Source: Raja brachyura (lineage: Eukaryota). From it: a stretch of DNA of 64,000 nt. The stretch is from the NCBI GenBank assembly GCA_963514005.1, contig OY740800.1, positions 32,860,001 through 32,924,000 of the forward strand, in the 5' to 3' direction. Shown here in pieces: positions 38,301-52,382 of the stretch (positions within the stretch are counted from its first letter, which is position 1; every line of letters starts with the position of its first letter). The notes below the pieces were generated by a model. That model ran no database searches. It saw nothing but the letters and a program-made list of their open reading frames with translations, and was not told where the DNA came from. Position numbers and translations under genes: made by a program.

Positions 38301-39214
38301 TTGGGAGCAGAGCATTGATAATTAGTTTTGGCAAACGCAAAGCTTCTGTTTAATTCGGTTTTCCCACCTTTAAATTACATAGAAACATAGAAATTAGGTG
38401 CAGGAGTAGGCCATTCGGCCCTTCGAGCCTGCACCGCCATTCAATATGATCATGGCTGATCATCCAACTCAGTATCCCGTACCTGCCTTCTCTCCATACC
38501 CTCTGATTCTCTTAGCCACAAGGGCCACATCTAACTCCCTCTTAAATATAGCCAATTAGACTAGTGCGCATGTTAAGCGATGTTGCCTTTCACATAACGT
38601 GTTGGACTGAGACTCGAGCAGCTTGTTCAAATGGCAAGAAAATATTTGGGCAAGAGTAGGGAGGGTCGCCAGTGTCCTGATGTGCATTGACAATTCATTT
38701 TGGGGCAAAATACATCAAGTTCTGCTCGGTTACGCTATCCCTCCTCCCACTTTCAATTTTTGGTGAGTTACATTAGCCTATGCTAGATAGATGGACTCCG
38801 TACTCTTGGATTGACAGGGGGGAAGATTTTAACCGTTCCTCAATCCAATTTTTTTAAACCAGTATCTTACTTTAGTTTGGAGATATGGCGTGGAAACGGG
38901 TCCGTTGGCCCGTCAAGTTAGACTGACCATTGATAACCTATTTACACTTGCTCTAGGTTATCACGCTTTCTCATTCACTCACTACACATGGAGGACAATT
39001 TTTAAAGGCTTTACGATATGGGATGAAACTGGAACACATGGAGGTAACCCACATGGTCACGTGACGAACCTGTAAACTCCACGGAGTCAGCACCCAAGGT
39101 GCTGTGAGGCAGCAGCTCTACCAGCTGTGACCAGGCACTGCTATTTCAGGACCTGTTTCGGAAGTGTGGATGTAAGGGCAAAGATAGTGGGGAATATTGC
39201 AGAGGTATTTGTAT

Positions 39215-39797
39215 ACCTTCTGCAGTTGTACAGAGCCCTAGTGAGACCACACCTGGAGTATTGTGTGCAGTTTTGGTCCCCAAATTTGAGGAAGGACATT
39301 CTTGCCATTGAGGGAGTGATGCGTAGGTTTACAAGGTTAATTCCCAGGATGGCGGGTATGTCATATGCTGAGAGAATGGAGCAGCTGGGCTTGTACACTC
39401 TGCAGTTTAGAAGGATGAGAGGGAATCTCATTGAAACATAAGATTGTTAAGGGCTTGGGCACACTAGAGGCAGGAAACATGTTCCCGATGTTGGGGGAGT
39501 CCAGAACCAGGGGCCACATAAGGAGTAAGCCATTTAGAATGGAGACAAGGAAACACTTTTTCTCACAGAGAGTGGTGAGCCTGTGGAATTCTCTGCCTCA
39601 GAGGGCGGTGGGAGCAGGTTCTCTGGATACTTTCAAGAGAGCTAGATAGGGCTCTTAGAGATAGCAGAGTCAGGGGATATGGGGAGAAGGCAGGAACGGG
39701 GTACTGATTGGGGATGATCAACCATGATCACATTGAATGGCGGTGCTGGCTCGAAGGGCCAAATGGCCTACTCCTGCACCTATTGTCTATTGTCTAT
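39215..39797 (+). mobile_element. CR1-type LINE 3' fragment
   Basis: LYRALVRPHLEYCVQFWSP...RRFTRLIP...QRVVSLWNSLPQ. Confidence 0.92.
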
Positions 39798-39860
39798 CAC
39801 TTCTAGCCACAGATCAAGTGACAGGAGACTGGAGGGAGACTAATGTCTTACCGTTACTGA

Positions 39861-40177
39861 AGGCAGCACGGTGGCAGAGCCGTAGAGTTGCTGCCTTGCC
39901 GCACTTTCAACGCTGAAGACATGGGTTCGATCCCGACTAGGGGTGCTGCTGCATGGAGTTTGTACGTCCTCCCCGTGACCGCGTGGGTTTTCTCCGAGAT
40001 CTTCAGTTTCCTCCCACACACCAAAGACGTACAGGTTTGCAGGTTAATAGGCTTGGTATAATTGGAAATTGTCCCAAGTGTGTGTCGGGTAGTGTTAATG
40101 TGCGGGAATCACTGGTCAGTGTGAACTCTGTGGGCTGAATGGCCTGTTTCTCTGCTGTATCTCTAAACTAAACTAAA
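39861..40177 (+). mobile_element. tRNA-derived SINE
   Basis: Consensus match. Confidence 0.82.
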
Positions 40178-40774
40178 TTATAAATGGCAGCAAGGACAAG
40201 CCCAGGAAACTACAGGCCAGTGAGCCTGACTTTAGTAATGGGAAAGTTCTTGGAGGGGATTCTTAGGAACGGGAGCTACCAACATTTCGATAGGTACGGA
40301 CTGATTAGGGACAGTCAGCAGGGAAATAAAGTCTCACAAATCTGAGTTTTCCTTGGTTTCCTTCCAAATTCCAAAGACATGCGGATTTGTAGCTTAATAG
40401 GCCTCTAAATTTTCCCTAGTGTGTGGCGAGTAGATGTAAAAGTGAGATTATGTAGAATGTGTGGGTGATGGATAGTCGGCGTGGACTCAGTGGGCCAAAT
40501 AGCCTGTTTCCATGCTGTTTCTAAATTCAACTAAATTAGTCTCCCTGGAGTTTACAGTCTTGCATACACTTAATCATTTAAAAAATAAATGCAGTTTTGC
40601 AGTGCTGAAGTTGCCTTTCGAACTTGAGCAGGAGGATAGTTTGAGCACGAGGATATTATTAGAATAAGTTGGAATTTCTTTCTAGAAGGGTGAGTTCAGA
40701 TAGTTTGGATGTGACGTCAAATTGTTTCATAGTACCGGCCAAAACGTCCTGTAGGAAATTCACAACCTCCATTT

Positions 40775-42087
40775 AGGGCGATACGGTGGTGCAGCGGTAA
40801 AGTTGCGGTCCACTTTGGATCCCGACTTCGGGTGCTGTCTGTACAGAGTTTGTACTTTCTCTCCGTGACCTGCGTGGGTTTTCTCCCACACTCCAAAGTT
40901 AGGTATGTTACAAAACTTACCTTTAGCGGCGCTGCACTTCTGCCGCTCCCCGTGTGCGCGACTTTAGCGCCTGTCAGAGGGGGGCGGGCTTAAAGTGCCG
41001 ATTTTCACCAGACCAGGATAATCGATGAATGTCGGGCGATTTAATTGCGGAAGAAAAATCGCTCCGACATTTCATCCATTAAGGTATTTTTTAAATTACT
41101 CTAAGTTATTTGTTAACTAGAGTAATTTAAAAATCACCTTCAAAAGCCGTGACCGCAGACCACCGGAAGCATTTTCCGTAGGGGAGAAAAAAAGGTAAAT
41201 ACTTTATTTTTTTATTAAAAGTTGGTTTTTTGGGAGGCATAAATACTATTTTAATGTTGCGAAATGGGTTCCCCAAAAAATGTATGAACCCCCAGTATTT
41301 TCCCCCCCTACTTCACCGCTAACCGCAACGTTCCAATCCACCGCATTCCGCTAAAACCCACTCGCTAGTTGATTTAAATGGCCATTTATTTACAGGCAGT
41401 AAACACTAAATTCCTTCCATTTGGCCCAGAAATTCATGAAAATTAGATTTAAAAATTATGTTATATTGTGGATTATTGTGTGAATGTTATTTGGACACTT
41501 AGGCAATTAAAAAAAAGTTTATCTTTTCTTAAGAAATTGATAGATGTTTAGATCTACTCATTGAATTTTGTAATTAGCTACAATTAGATAACTAACTAAT
41601 TATATACTTTAATTTCAGGTAATCCAAGTAAGATTGTTTAATATTTGTTTCAGAATGCTTCAATCTATAATGACTGAAAATTTCATTGAGTTCTCTTAAT
41701 TTTTAATAAAGTTATGGGCTTTTAATTTTTCCAGATCACAGCTTTTGAGTTAAGTCAATTGAAAGGCAATGGGAAGCAAGATACTCATTTCCGAGCATGA
41801 AAATGGCCATAACTTTCTTAATACTGAAGATATGAAAGTAAATTAGGTGTCAAATTAAACTTCTTGTTATGCTTTACCTGATGGGATAAATTGCAGACTT
41901 GATTTTTAAAATCTCAAAATTTTGTAACATTGCTACCAAAGTCGTACAGGTTTGCAGGCTAATTGTCTTGGTCAAATTGTAAATTTTCCCGTGTGTGCGC
42001 GTGGGATAATGTTAATGTGCGGGGGTTGCTGGTCGCCGCGGGCCGAAGGGCCTTTTTCCGCGCTTTATCTCTGAACTAAACTAAACT
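40775..42087 (+). mobile_element. tRNA-derived SINE split by a DNA transposon
   Basis: Halves at 40775-40899 and 41936-42087. Confidence 0.8.
40900..41935. mobile_element. Non-autonomous DNA transposon (hAT-like termini), 1036 bp, nested in a SINE
   Basis: TIRs TAGGTATGTTACAAAA / TAGCAATGTTACAAAA (reverse complement); ccaaagt duplicated at 40893-40899 and 41936-41942. Confidence 0.8.
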
Positions 42088-44224
42088 ATTTGTGCAATGG
42101 AGTTTGCTGATTGGGAGCACGAGGCAAATGTACATTTGTATTGAAGGGGAAACTCTTAAGTATACAAGGGAAGAACAGCATGAAGAGTAATATTGCTAGT
42201 TGGATGAGGGGAGGGAGGGAGGGGGGGGACATAGAGCGGGCACAAATGCCAATGTCGACTGGTTTAGTGGTGTGGGCTGTAGATTCCACAATTCTATGTA
42301 AAGAAGGTAATGTGGGAGAGGGAATTTATTTTCATCCTTCCGAATGTTCCTGTTACCATAGTGACCTCATGGAAACGCATATATAGAGCCACGATGCTAA
42401 GGCTGAGTAACTAGTTGTCTGTGACCGATAGATTCTGTTCACACCCACAGGGGGAAAAAAAGAGGAAATTCTTCAGCTGATGCAGATATCATTTAATGAC
42501 CAGCTGATGCATAGGGATCTTTCATTTTTATTTTCATTCCTTTGCTCATGCCGTGCGAGGAGAGGACAGTTTTATTTTTCAATTGCTTGTTGCAGTATTA
42601 AATTCCAAGTTGGGCTCAGTGGTGGTACTTTGGCCTCAAGTTTGAGAGTTTGGCTCGAATCGATACAATTCTAAGGCTGGACTGCAGGAATGCTGCACTG
42701 TTGGAGGAACCATCTTTCACGGTGACCCAGAGGTAGAGTTGCCCCCTCACAGCGGCAGAGACCCGGGATCGATCCTGACAATGGGTGCTGTCCGTACAAA
42801 GTTTTGTAAATTCTCCCTGCGACTGTGTGGGTTGCCTCCAGGTGCTCCGGTTTCCTCCCACATTGTAAAAGAGTGATGGTTCGTATATTGTTCTGTAAAA
42901 TGGCCCACGTGTGTAGGATGCAAAAGTGGGATATGACATAAAACTAACATAATATAACATAAAACTAGTGTATGGTTGACTTGACTTGGTGGGCTGTAGA
43001 TCTGTATCTCCAAAATAAACCTTCAGTGCAGGTGCACCTGAGACTAGTGGGAGTTGTATTCCATCACTGATCCTCTGTCCAACACGAGCGTAGAATGCAT
43101 TGAGTTCATCAGAGAGGGACCCATTATAGCCATTGATACTGCCCGACTGAGTTGAGTTTATCTTAGTTTAGAGATACAGCGTGGAAAAAGGCCCTTCAGT
43201 CCACCGAGGCTACGTCGACCAGTGATCCCTGCACATTGACACAATCGTACACACACTGGGGACAATTTACACTTATATCAAGTATACAAACCCAAGCCAA
43301 TTAACCTACAAACCTGTACGTCTTTGGAGGGTGGGAGGAAGCCAAAGATCTCTGAGAAAACCCACGCGGTCACGGGGAGAACGTACAAACGCCGTACAGA
43401 CAGATCACGCTGCAAGCGCTGTAAGGCAGCAACATTTCTGCTGCGTCACCGTGCTGCCCTTTATTGTCACCAAATGTACCAAAGTACATTGAAAAGCTTT
43501 TGTTTGATGCTAACCAGGGTGCAAAGTGGGAAATAGCAGAACAAGTGCATGATTGGTGTGGACATGGTGGGCGGAGGGGCATGTTTACACGCTGTAAACT
43601 AAAACATAGGATGTTAAAACTTGGGTGCTTATTGAACTCCTGGATAGAAAACTGAGCTTTACACAGAAGACCAAGATGTCCTGAGTTACATTATTTCTTG
43701 AGCAAAATTAATTAAGACTCCTCCGGGGATTATGCTGTTGCTTGTGCGAGCTTCAATGGTTGCTATATTTCCAAATTGAGGAATAATCTGTGCCATAAAG
43801 TATTTAAGTGATGGATACTTTTGAACGTCCTGTGCTTGTGAATGTTGCTACAGAAATAAAATCATTTATTTGGCTTTGAAGGCAATGAACAAAAGAAGTG
43901 AAAACATCTTTCCACCTTTTTACAAATCATTCAACTCTTATCCATGTCATCACCTGAGTCTACAGGATCTCAGTGCAGGGTTATGGTTTTGGCGTTCCGT
44001 ACAGATGGCTCTGAATGCCGACTCGATGTGTAATCATATCCTGATCTACAGTGACGACAGATTAGCCCACTTCCATTATTTTTAGCCCACTTATCCCTTG
44101 CCCTTCTTGTATGAACCGTACAGGGCCACTCTGCTGGCCGCAGGTCATGATGCATTGGTTTTTATCGAAGCAAGGAACTGCAAATGCTGGTTTACAGAAA
44201 AAAAGACACAAAGTGCTGGTGTTG

Positions 44225-44520
44225 GGGCAGCACGGTGGTGCAGCGGTAGAGTTGCTGCCTTACAGCACCAGAGACCCGGGTTCAAACCTGACTATGGGTG
44301 CTGTCTGCACGGAGTTTGTACGTTCTCCCTGTGATTGAGTGGTTTTTCACTGGGTCCTCCAGTTTCCTCGCAAACTCCAAAGACGTACAGGTTTGTAGGT
44401 TAATTGACTTTGGTAAGTTGTAAAATTGTCCCTAGTGTGTGTAGATTAGAATACGGGGTGATTGCTGGTCGGCACGGACCCGGTGGGATGAATGGCCTGT
44501 TTCCACACTGTATCTCTAAA
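44225..44520 (+). mobile_element. tRNA-derived SINE nested inside a Penelope unit
   Basis: Penelope minus unit at 44170-44220 resumes at 44521-44582. Confidence 0.8.
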
Positions 44521-44552
44521 GTAACCTCAGCATGTCAGGCAGCATCCTTGGT

Positions 44553-44580
44553 GATATTTCGGGTCAGGACCCTTCTTCAG
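44553..44580 (-). ncRNA. Hammerhead core, intact variant (AUC triplet)
   Basis: Reverse complement reads CTGAAGAAGGGTCCTGACCCGAAATATC; stem III CG is replaced by TA, which still pairs. Confidence 0.55.
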
Positions 44581-47500
44581 ACCGATGTTTCGTTTTTGTC
44601 GTGGTTTGGTTACAGGTTACACTACCAGTGTGATTTATGGGAAGAACTCCTCCCTTATTAAAAATGACTGCTTATAGTTGTTCATGGGTTCAATTAGTAA
44701 AATAATATCCAGCTGAACATATAGTCCAGAAGATCCAAATGTCTATTCCCTGTCTGCATGCCCTTGAGCATCGGTTTGATTGAGCAAGACTGTAGGTGAT
44801 GGTATAGACCAAACTCCACACAATTCAGTCAACCTTGTGTATGAAGTATAACCTCAGCAAGGGTCTGTGATCCCTCTCCACATCGATGTTAAGAAGACAT
44901 GGACTACCTTGGAGAGATGCCACCAATGAACCTCCAGACAAACCTCTAGATCCCTGATGGGATTAGCAAGTCAACGTCAGTCAATCCCCTCCCAGCCAAC
45001 ATTCCAGCACCAATCTCCTGTCTCGACTAGTAATATCACCCATCCTTTTTCTCCGGTTATGCTGCCTGACTCATTGAGTTGCTCCAACACTTTGTCTATC
45101 TCTAGCACCAAAGACCTTTTGCCCCTCAGTCCAAACCAATTGGCAGGCCATACCACTCACATTCACATCACCAGACTCCTGAAACAAATAAGCTAGTGGT
45201 ACAACAAGTGTGGACAGAGCAAATAGTCCAAGGATGTTCCTCCATGAAGAAATCTTCACAGACTTGTGAGAATCTCTGGCCCGTGACTGCTCAAAATGTA
45301 GGATGACACATATTGAGGGCACACAAACACCTACTATAAAATTCACAAGTGCAGGGACTTCCAATCAATTCCTCCCACCCTGCCAAGTGTTTCTTGCCCC
45401 AGCGACAACCGTGTGCCGGTCCCACAGTGGACTCATTAGTCACATCAGTGTCAGAGTGGTTGCAAGTCCTCATGATCTCGAGGTCTTGCATTGTATTCAC
45501 CTAGAAAACTGCAAAGCTTAGATTTTTTTCACTCGAAGGGTGGTGGGTGCATGGAACAAGCTGCCAGAGGAGCTAGTTGAGGCTGGGACTATCCCAACGC
45601 TTAAGAAACAGTTAGACTGATACATGGATAGGACAAGTTTGGAGGGGTATGGACCAAACGCAATGTAGCTGGGACATGTTGGCCAGTGTGGGCACGTTGG
45701 GCCAAAGGGCCTGTTTCCACACTGTATCACTCTATGACTCTATATCGAAGGGTGTGTGAAAAGGATTCAGCAGGGTTATACTACCTTATGAAATTTTCAT
45801 AATTGATGAGGTATTTCTGTTACGTGAAGAATTTAGATAATCTGACACTTCTTCCAGCCGAGGTGATTGAGGGGAGAGTTAATAAAAAGTGTTCATGAGG
45901 AGTAGTGATAGATGAGATGGGGGAGGGCGGGGAAATAGACAGGAGTGGACGAGGATCACAAGCCAATGGCACAGATAGAGGAAGATGACCAGAGGGAGAA
46001 GAGCTTTAACGCTGTGCATGTCATGATCTGGAATGCACTGTTGGCAAGGATGTCGGAAGTGGATTCAATAGTAAATTTCAAAAGAGAATTGAATCAAAAG
46101 TTAAATTGGAAAAATAGATTTGCAGATTGCAATCGAGGAGTGGGTGTAGCTGAACCTTTCCAAAGGGCTCGTGTGGAGGGGATGAGCCAAAGGGCCTCTC
46201 TGGGGTGTGCCCAGTGATTTTTGTCAGAGCTTTTGAATGACAAAGCCAGAAATCTGTCTGAGTAGAAATTGCAGCAGCCGGACATTGCAACCGACTCTGG
46301 GCATCGAGGACCACTTGCTGTTGAGGACCAGAATGGACGGAATGGTGGAATATAGATTATATGCTGGCAGAGGAGGTTAGTTTAGCCAGGACATGGTGGG
46401 CCAAAGACCCTGTTCATGTGCTGTACAATTCTGTTCTAGAAGATGCCTGTACGTGAATTATTTTAATTGGGCTTTATTGTTAATTATTGTTAATTAACGT
46501 GAATTATTGCTGGGCTTTACCTCCCTCCTCGCATTACTCCTGCCCTTCTTAGACCATCTTCCATTCGTCACCCTTTCGATTTCTCTTTCCATGTTTTCTC
46601 ACGATGAGGACCGAGTCCGCTCAGCTCATCACCTCTGTGCCAGGGCCATTAAAATAAAGAAAGTACAGGGGAGAGGACTGTTGAAATCAGGTCCACCAGC
46701 TACTACAAGATCTTCACAGAGCGAGGCTTTGATCCAGTAGCACGGAGGGCTAAGACCATTGAATTCCAGATGTATCTCCGGGTCAAGTACACGTGGACAC
46801 ACTCTGACCACAGACAGGCGCAGATGTACTTGGACCCGTGGTCTTATCTACAACCTCTCCCTCTGCCTCGCTAACTTGGCTTCTCCCTCCACCACCCTAT
46901 CTCTGATGTCCCTGCCTCCTTGCATTTGTACCAGACCAGCTCCCACCCACTTCCAGTTCCTCTGATCTTTCTTTTGCCATCCTTTTTGATTTTATTTCTC
47001 ATGCTTTCTGATAATGACGAAGGAGCCCATTGCATCTATACCTGTCTGAAGAAGGGCAATGACTCTCTGGAGATGCTGCATGGCCCGCTGTTACTCCATC
47101 ATTTGTGTCTAAACATCTATACCAGAGCAATTTCATCAGTCCCCTTCCCCTACTTCCCTGATGCCCACTAGTTTAGTTTATTGTCACGGGTACTGATATA
47201 CAGTGAAAAGCTTTTGTTGTGTGCTAACCGGCCAGAGGAAAGACAACACATGATGGCAATCGAGCCATTCACAGTGTACAGATACATGACAAAGGACCGC
47301 CCCTCTTCTGTAGTGCTATCGCCCACCTACATTAGGATCACCGATTAACGTGCTGACCTCGACACGTGGGAGGAAACCCATGCGGTCACAGGGAGAACAT
47401 GTAAACGCCACATGCTGGCAGCACTGGAGCGTCTGAGTCTCAGAAGCTGAGAGATGTCGGGGTCACCTGCTGAGCCTCTGTGCTTGTCCACAGTTCCCCT

Positions 47501-50500
47501 TCCCATTCCCACCACTAAGTTTAGTTTAGAGATACAGGGTGGAAACAGGCCCTTTGGCGTGTCGAGTTCAGCGATCCCCGCATGCTCACACTATCCTACA
47601 CACACTAAGGACAATTTACAATTACACCAAACCAATTAGCCTACAAACCTGTCCACCTTTAGACTGTGGGAGGAAACGAGAAAAACCCCACGCAGGTCAT
47701 GGGGAGAACGTACAAACTCTGTACAGACAGCGCCTGCAGTCAGGATTGAACCCGGGACTCTGGCGCTGTAAGGCAGCGACTCTACCACTATGCCACCGAG
47801 CCGCCCTCACTAAGTTGCTGCATTTGCATCAGGCTTGTGTGGCACATGCCTGGTACATGCTCCCGCAGAACAAGCCCCTCTGGGTGATGGCACTGTGACC
47901 CACTGACCCACCCACCACGAGACCCTACCCTCCTGACATCGGGTAGTGTGGGGTGGCCTTGCTCCGGGAGAGAGCGAACAGCCGGCAGCATAAGGGTTGG
48001 GAGCGAGCCTGGGTGGTTTAAATTGCAGTGGTTAATTAAGCTCATTTTGTCCTTGCCCATACCTAATTTGTGTGACAGTAATCCTTCTAATTGGAGCCCT
48101 AGGCCTGGGGCTGCTGTGGTGAGAATAGTCTGCGTGGATGGCTTGTCAATCCGTATGTTTATATTGGAAATTGGGACGCTTTGCAAAGTTCTGGCCATTA
48201 TTTTTTTTTTTTAATCCCATTTTAAAATCTCCATCTGGTTTCCAGACCAGCACACTCAGGCAGGTACAATGTGATTCAAAGCAGAGTATAAAACCCTTTT
48301 CAGAGCTTTCAATCTACGTAACTCTCTGCTGTATCAATATTGGTGAATTGTATTCTGTTACAGGACTCCTTCACGGGTGAACTAAACTTACCATCTGTCA
48401 CCTGCTGTGTTGATGGTGGCTGGATGGCGATGTTAAAGAAAAGTATTTATGTTATTTTCCAGCCCCCTTTATGATTTTTGACTCTCTGCATCTCCCTCCT
48501 CCACCCAGCCTCTGACCAAAAACCTCAGAGATCTTTGGCCTCGGGTGTTATCCCCTATTAATATTGCTCCATCCATTGTGTGTTTAGCTGCCTTTTACCC
48601 ATGTTTTAAACGTCTCGTCTTTAAAACACATTTAAAACTTGCCTCTGGCTGTGTCTTTAGTTCCTTCATCTACATGGGCTTGGTATGAAATTTTCTTAAG
48701 GAGTTAGATTGTGGCCCTTGTGGCTAAGGGGATCAGAGGGTATGGAGAGAAGGCAGGTACGGGATACGGAGTTGGATGATCAGCCATGATCATATTGAAT
48801 GGCGGTGCAGGCTCAAAGGGCCGAATGGCCTACTCCTGCACCTAATTTGTATGTTTCTATGTTTCTCTGAGATTTGGTAGCATGCTTCCAAGATGTAAGC
48901 AACTATTTGCGTGCTCGCCACAGAGGCAGATCTGCAGCCACATATTACCCTTAAATCTCTATTCGTAAAGCAACATTTCTTACTTTAATTATGATCTTCT
49001 CCGCTAAACGTTATTCTATTATCGTGTAACTGGATCGATTGTAATCATGTATTGTCTTTCTGTTGACTGGTTATCACGCAACAAAAAGCTTTTCACTGTA
49101 CCTCGGTACACGTGACAATAAACTAAACTGAAACTGAACTGAACCCATTACTGATCAAGAATCGATCGACCTCTGCCGTAAAAGTATTCAAAGTTTCTGC
49201 TTGTGGCACCCTTTTGAGGAAGAGCGCTCCAAAGATGCTCAACTCTCTCTCCATGTGCAGTGCGTCAAGTCCCATCAGCAACGGATTCCCAGCATGTTGT
49301 GCCTGTCAGTTCTAGTGTGAATGTTACTCTCTCGGCACTGGAAGCACTGAGAGCATTGGGTCACTTGGACATCTTTGGTCTCCACCCTTTTACAGGCATC
49401 CCCTCTCGAACCTCTTCCCTTGCCCTTGCTCTCTGAGTTACAATCCACTTGTGTCCTCCCTCTTCCAGTACTGGTGACAGGGCCAGGGATCTGGAGCATT
49501 AAACACTCCCCATACCTGCTGACTGTCTTTATGTCCGTTTTCCAGCATCTTTATGATTTCTTTTCCCTCCCCCCCCCCCCCAGGGGTGGTTTCTGTCTCA
49601 ATCAAACTAATCTCACTTCTGATCTGCAGTGGCTTCATGCATCGTGGACCATCCGCCCATTCCAAGGGTCAGTCTAATAAACCTTCCCTGAACTGCTTCC
49701 AGCTCAATGTCCTTCCTTGAATAAGGAGACTAATACTCTGCACAGTAGTCCAGATGACATCCCGCCAGTGCCTGGTGTTACTGAAGCATAACCTCCCTAC
49801 CTTCGGGTCCTCAAGCATTGTCTTCAACTGCCAAGAAAGGGGCCCGGATTTGCTCAGTACATTTTAAACTCTTCTAGCCAAAAGATGAGAGGGGAACATC
49901 ATTCGATCATTAATCCTATGTGTCAGAGCTGTTAGAAGAGCAACACCCCAAATCAGAAATCAGTAGAGAAGGCGCTGAACCTGCTGTCTTGTTGAACCAT
50001 CCCCTTGGGTCAGTGCAGTAGTGCAGCGAGGAGTTCGATACTGCTACCCGGTGCTGTCTGTGAGGAGCTTGCATGTCCTCCCAGTGACCTGTGGCTTTCC
50101 TCTGAGCGGTCCTGTTTCAAGAGTCAAGAGTGCTTTATTGTCCTATGTCCCAGATAGAACGATGAAATTCTTACTTGCAGCAGCACAATGGAATATGTAA
50201 ACATAGTGCACTGTAAACAATATAATAGAAGAGAAAATAAAGTTCAGTGTGTGTTTATGCACACATGCATGTATATTTGAACCTGGGTCTCTAGCAATGA
50301 GGCAGCAGCTCTCCCTCTGTGCCACTGGGGTGCTGCCCCCTATTTAGAGATTGTCTTAATTTCTGACCCTCTCCCAGTTCCATTGAGTGCCGGTTGGCCA
50401 CCGCAGTTACCAAGCAAGTTATAAAGTACACCCTTGTGGGTAAAGGGCACTAAATCATGCTGAACCTGGACAGGCGGGCATTCCAACACTTTGTGTATGT

Positions 50501-51283
50501 ATGTTCACTGGGATGCTTTCAACGCACCGTCACTCTATCTAGTGATCCAGATAGATGTCTGATTCCTATAACACATTCCTAGCGTGAAACTGCCCAGTGG
50601 ATTTAACCACTTGTGGACCAGAACCTGACTGGTCACCATTACAAAGTGACCAGTGAGCAGAGAAGTCTCTGTGCTGAAATAGTTTGAAATACTGAACAAT
50701 GGAATATCAATGAACTGGGAACATTTTGTGTCTGTTGGAAAAGTTGGTAATTTGGGATAAAATCCAATTGAGATCAGGGCTCTTCCTAAAAGGTGAACTC
50801 AGCATTCGTAGAGGAGGCCAAGTGAACAAAATGATGAAAGTTGTTGCCAGGGCTGGAAGGGTTAAAATATAGAGAAAGGTGCGTGATTTGTGCTTGTATT
50901 ACATTGAGAATAGCACAGTGGTGCAGCTGGTGGAGGAGCTGCCTCTCGGCGCCAGAGATCGGGTTCGGACCTTACCTTGGGTGCTCCCTGTCAGTTCGCC
51001 CTGTGAATGCATCGGTTTCGCTGGGTGCGCTCGCTGTGCGTGGCTCGATTGCAATCACGTATTGTCTTTCCGCTGACTGGTTAGCACGCAGCAAAAGCTT
51101 TTCACTGTACCTCAGTACTCGTGTCAATAAACTAAACTCAAACTCATAGCTAATGTTCCAAACCAGTGGACCATTGAAATATTGGCCCAGTTATATGGAT
51201 AGGAGGTGAAGGGTATTGTGCACATCACAATCTCAAAGAGTTTGCTGATCCTTGAGGTGTCAATGTTGGGCAGACTACTCTTC

Positions 51284-51478
51284 ATTTCACAATTTCACAA
51301 GACCTTGATGCCTTGGATAAATCCGTATGTGGGATGGTGCGATATCGCAGAACACGATAAGAATATTAATCACTGTCATGATGATAGTTATAAAGTGGGA
51401 ACAGTTCAAGTAAGAGTCATCATAATATAATCTATACGGCTGAAGTCATTTTCCCAATGCTATTTTACAACTGAGATG
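51284..51478. repeat. Copy 1 of an old dispersed duplication (partner 53754-53948)
   Basis: Hand alignment gives 195 ungapped nt at ~65% identity. Confidence 0.75.
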
Positions 51479-52069
51479 CTTTCAGGTGTTTAACCCTTTA
51501 GTGTCTGAATTCAACATTGTTGCCAATAATGTGTCATCAGCCACGCCACCAGGCGGAAGAGGGCACTGTCCCCTTTTCCAGGGTTGTGTCAGTGCCCGGG
51601 TGGTACTAGACAGGGACTATCCGCTGTCCACGGGTACCCTGGGAGATTTCTGGGACCGCTAGGCACCACACGAGGGGGGGGGGGGAGGAATATATCCTTG
51701 AATGTGGCTGTTTAAGACTCAGTATATTTGATATTTAAGAATATTTGTTTTTATGGTGAATTATGGTGGTGGGTTTGATGGTATTGTTATGTATTATTCT
51801 TGTAAATTTATTACATTTACTTTTGGCAAAGAAAAGTGTCCTCCTGACCTATTTGACACTTCAAGCAGAGTTTTCTGTAAATTCACTATGTACTGAATTT
51901 AGAAACATAATTGCCCCTCTATTTTCAGGCCAATCCCAATATTAACTCGAGCGAGAATTTCTACCCTCGGGCAACGAGCCTGATTTCTATCGTGTCACCT
52001 TAAAATTTGAGGAGTTCTGTTAATGTTTTTACTCTCATCCAAACAGTGAGGTGACTGAAGCTATCGCCA

Positions 52070-52382
52070 GCATTACAGCGGTAGAGTTGCTGCCTTACAG
52101 CACTTGCAGCACTCGAGACCCAGGTTCGATCCCGACTACGGGTGCTGTCTGTACGGAGTTTGTACGTTCTCCCCATGACAGAGTGGGCTTTCTCCAAGAT
52201 CTTTGGTTTATTCTCGCACTCCAAAGACGTACAGGTCTTCAGGTTAATTGGCTTGGTATAAGTGTAAATTGTCCCGAGTGTGTGTAGGAAAGTATTAATG
52301 TGCGGGGATCCCTGGTCGGTGCAGACTCGGTGGACCGAAGGGCCTGTTTCCACGTTGTATCTCTAAACTAAACTAAACTAAA
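52070..52382 (+). mobile_element. tRNA-derived SINE
   Basis: Consensus match with (ctaaa)n tail. Confidence 0.85.

Noticed and set aside
51378-51474. C/D snoRNA (ATGATGA...CTGA)
   Set aside because: Box C is not preserved in the second copy and there is no convincing terminal stem; kept only as a possibility under the duplication finding.
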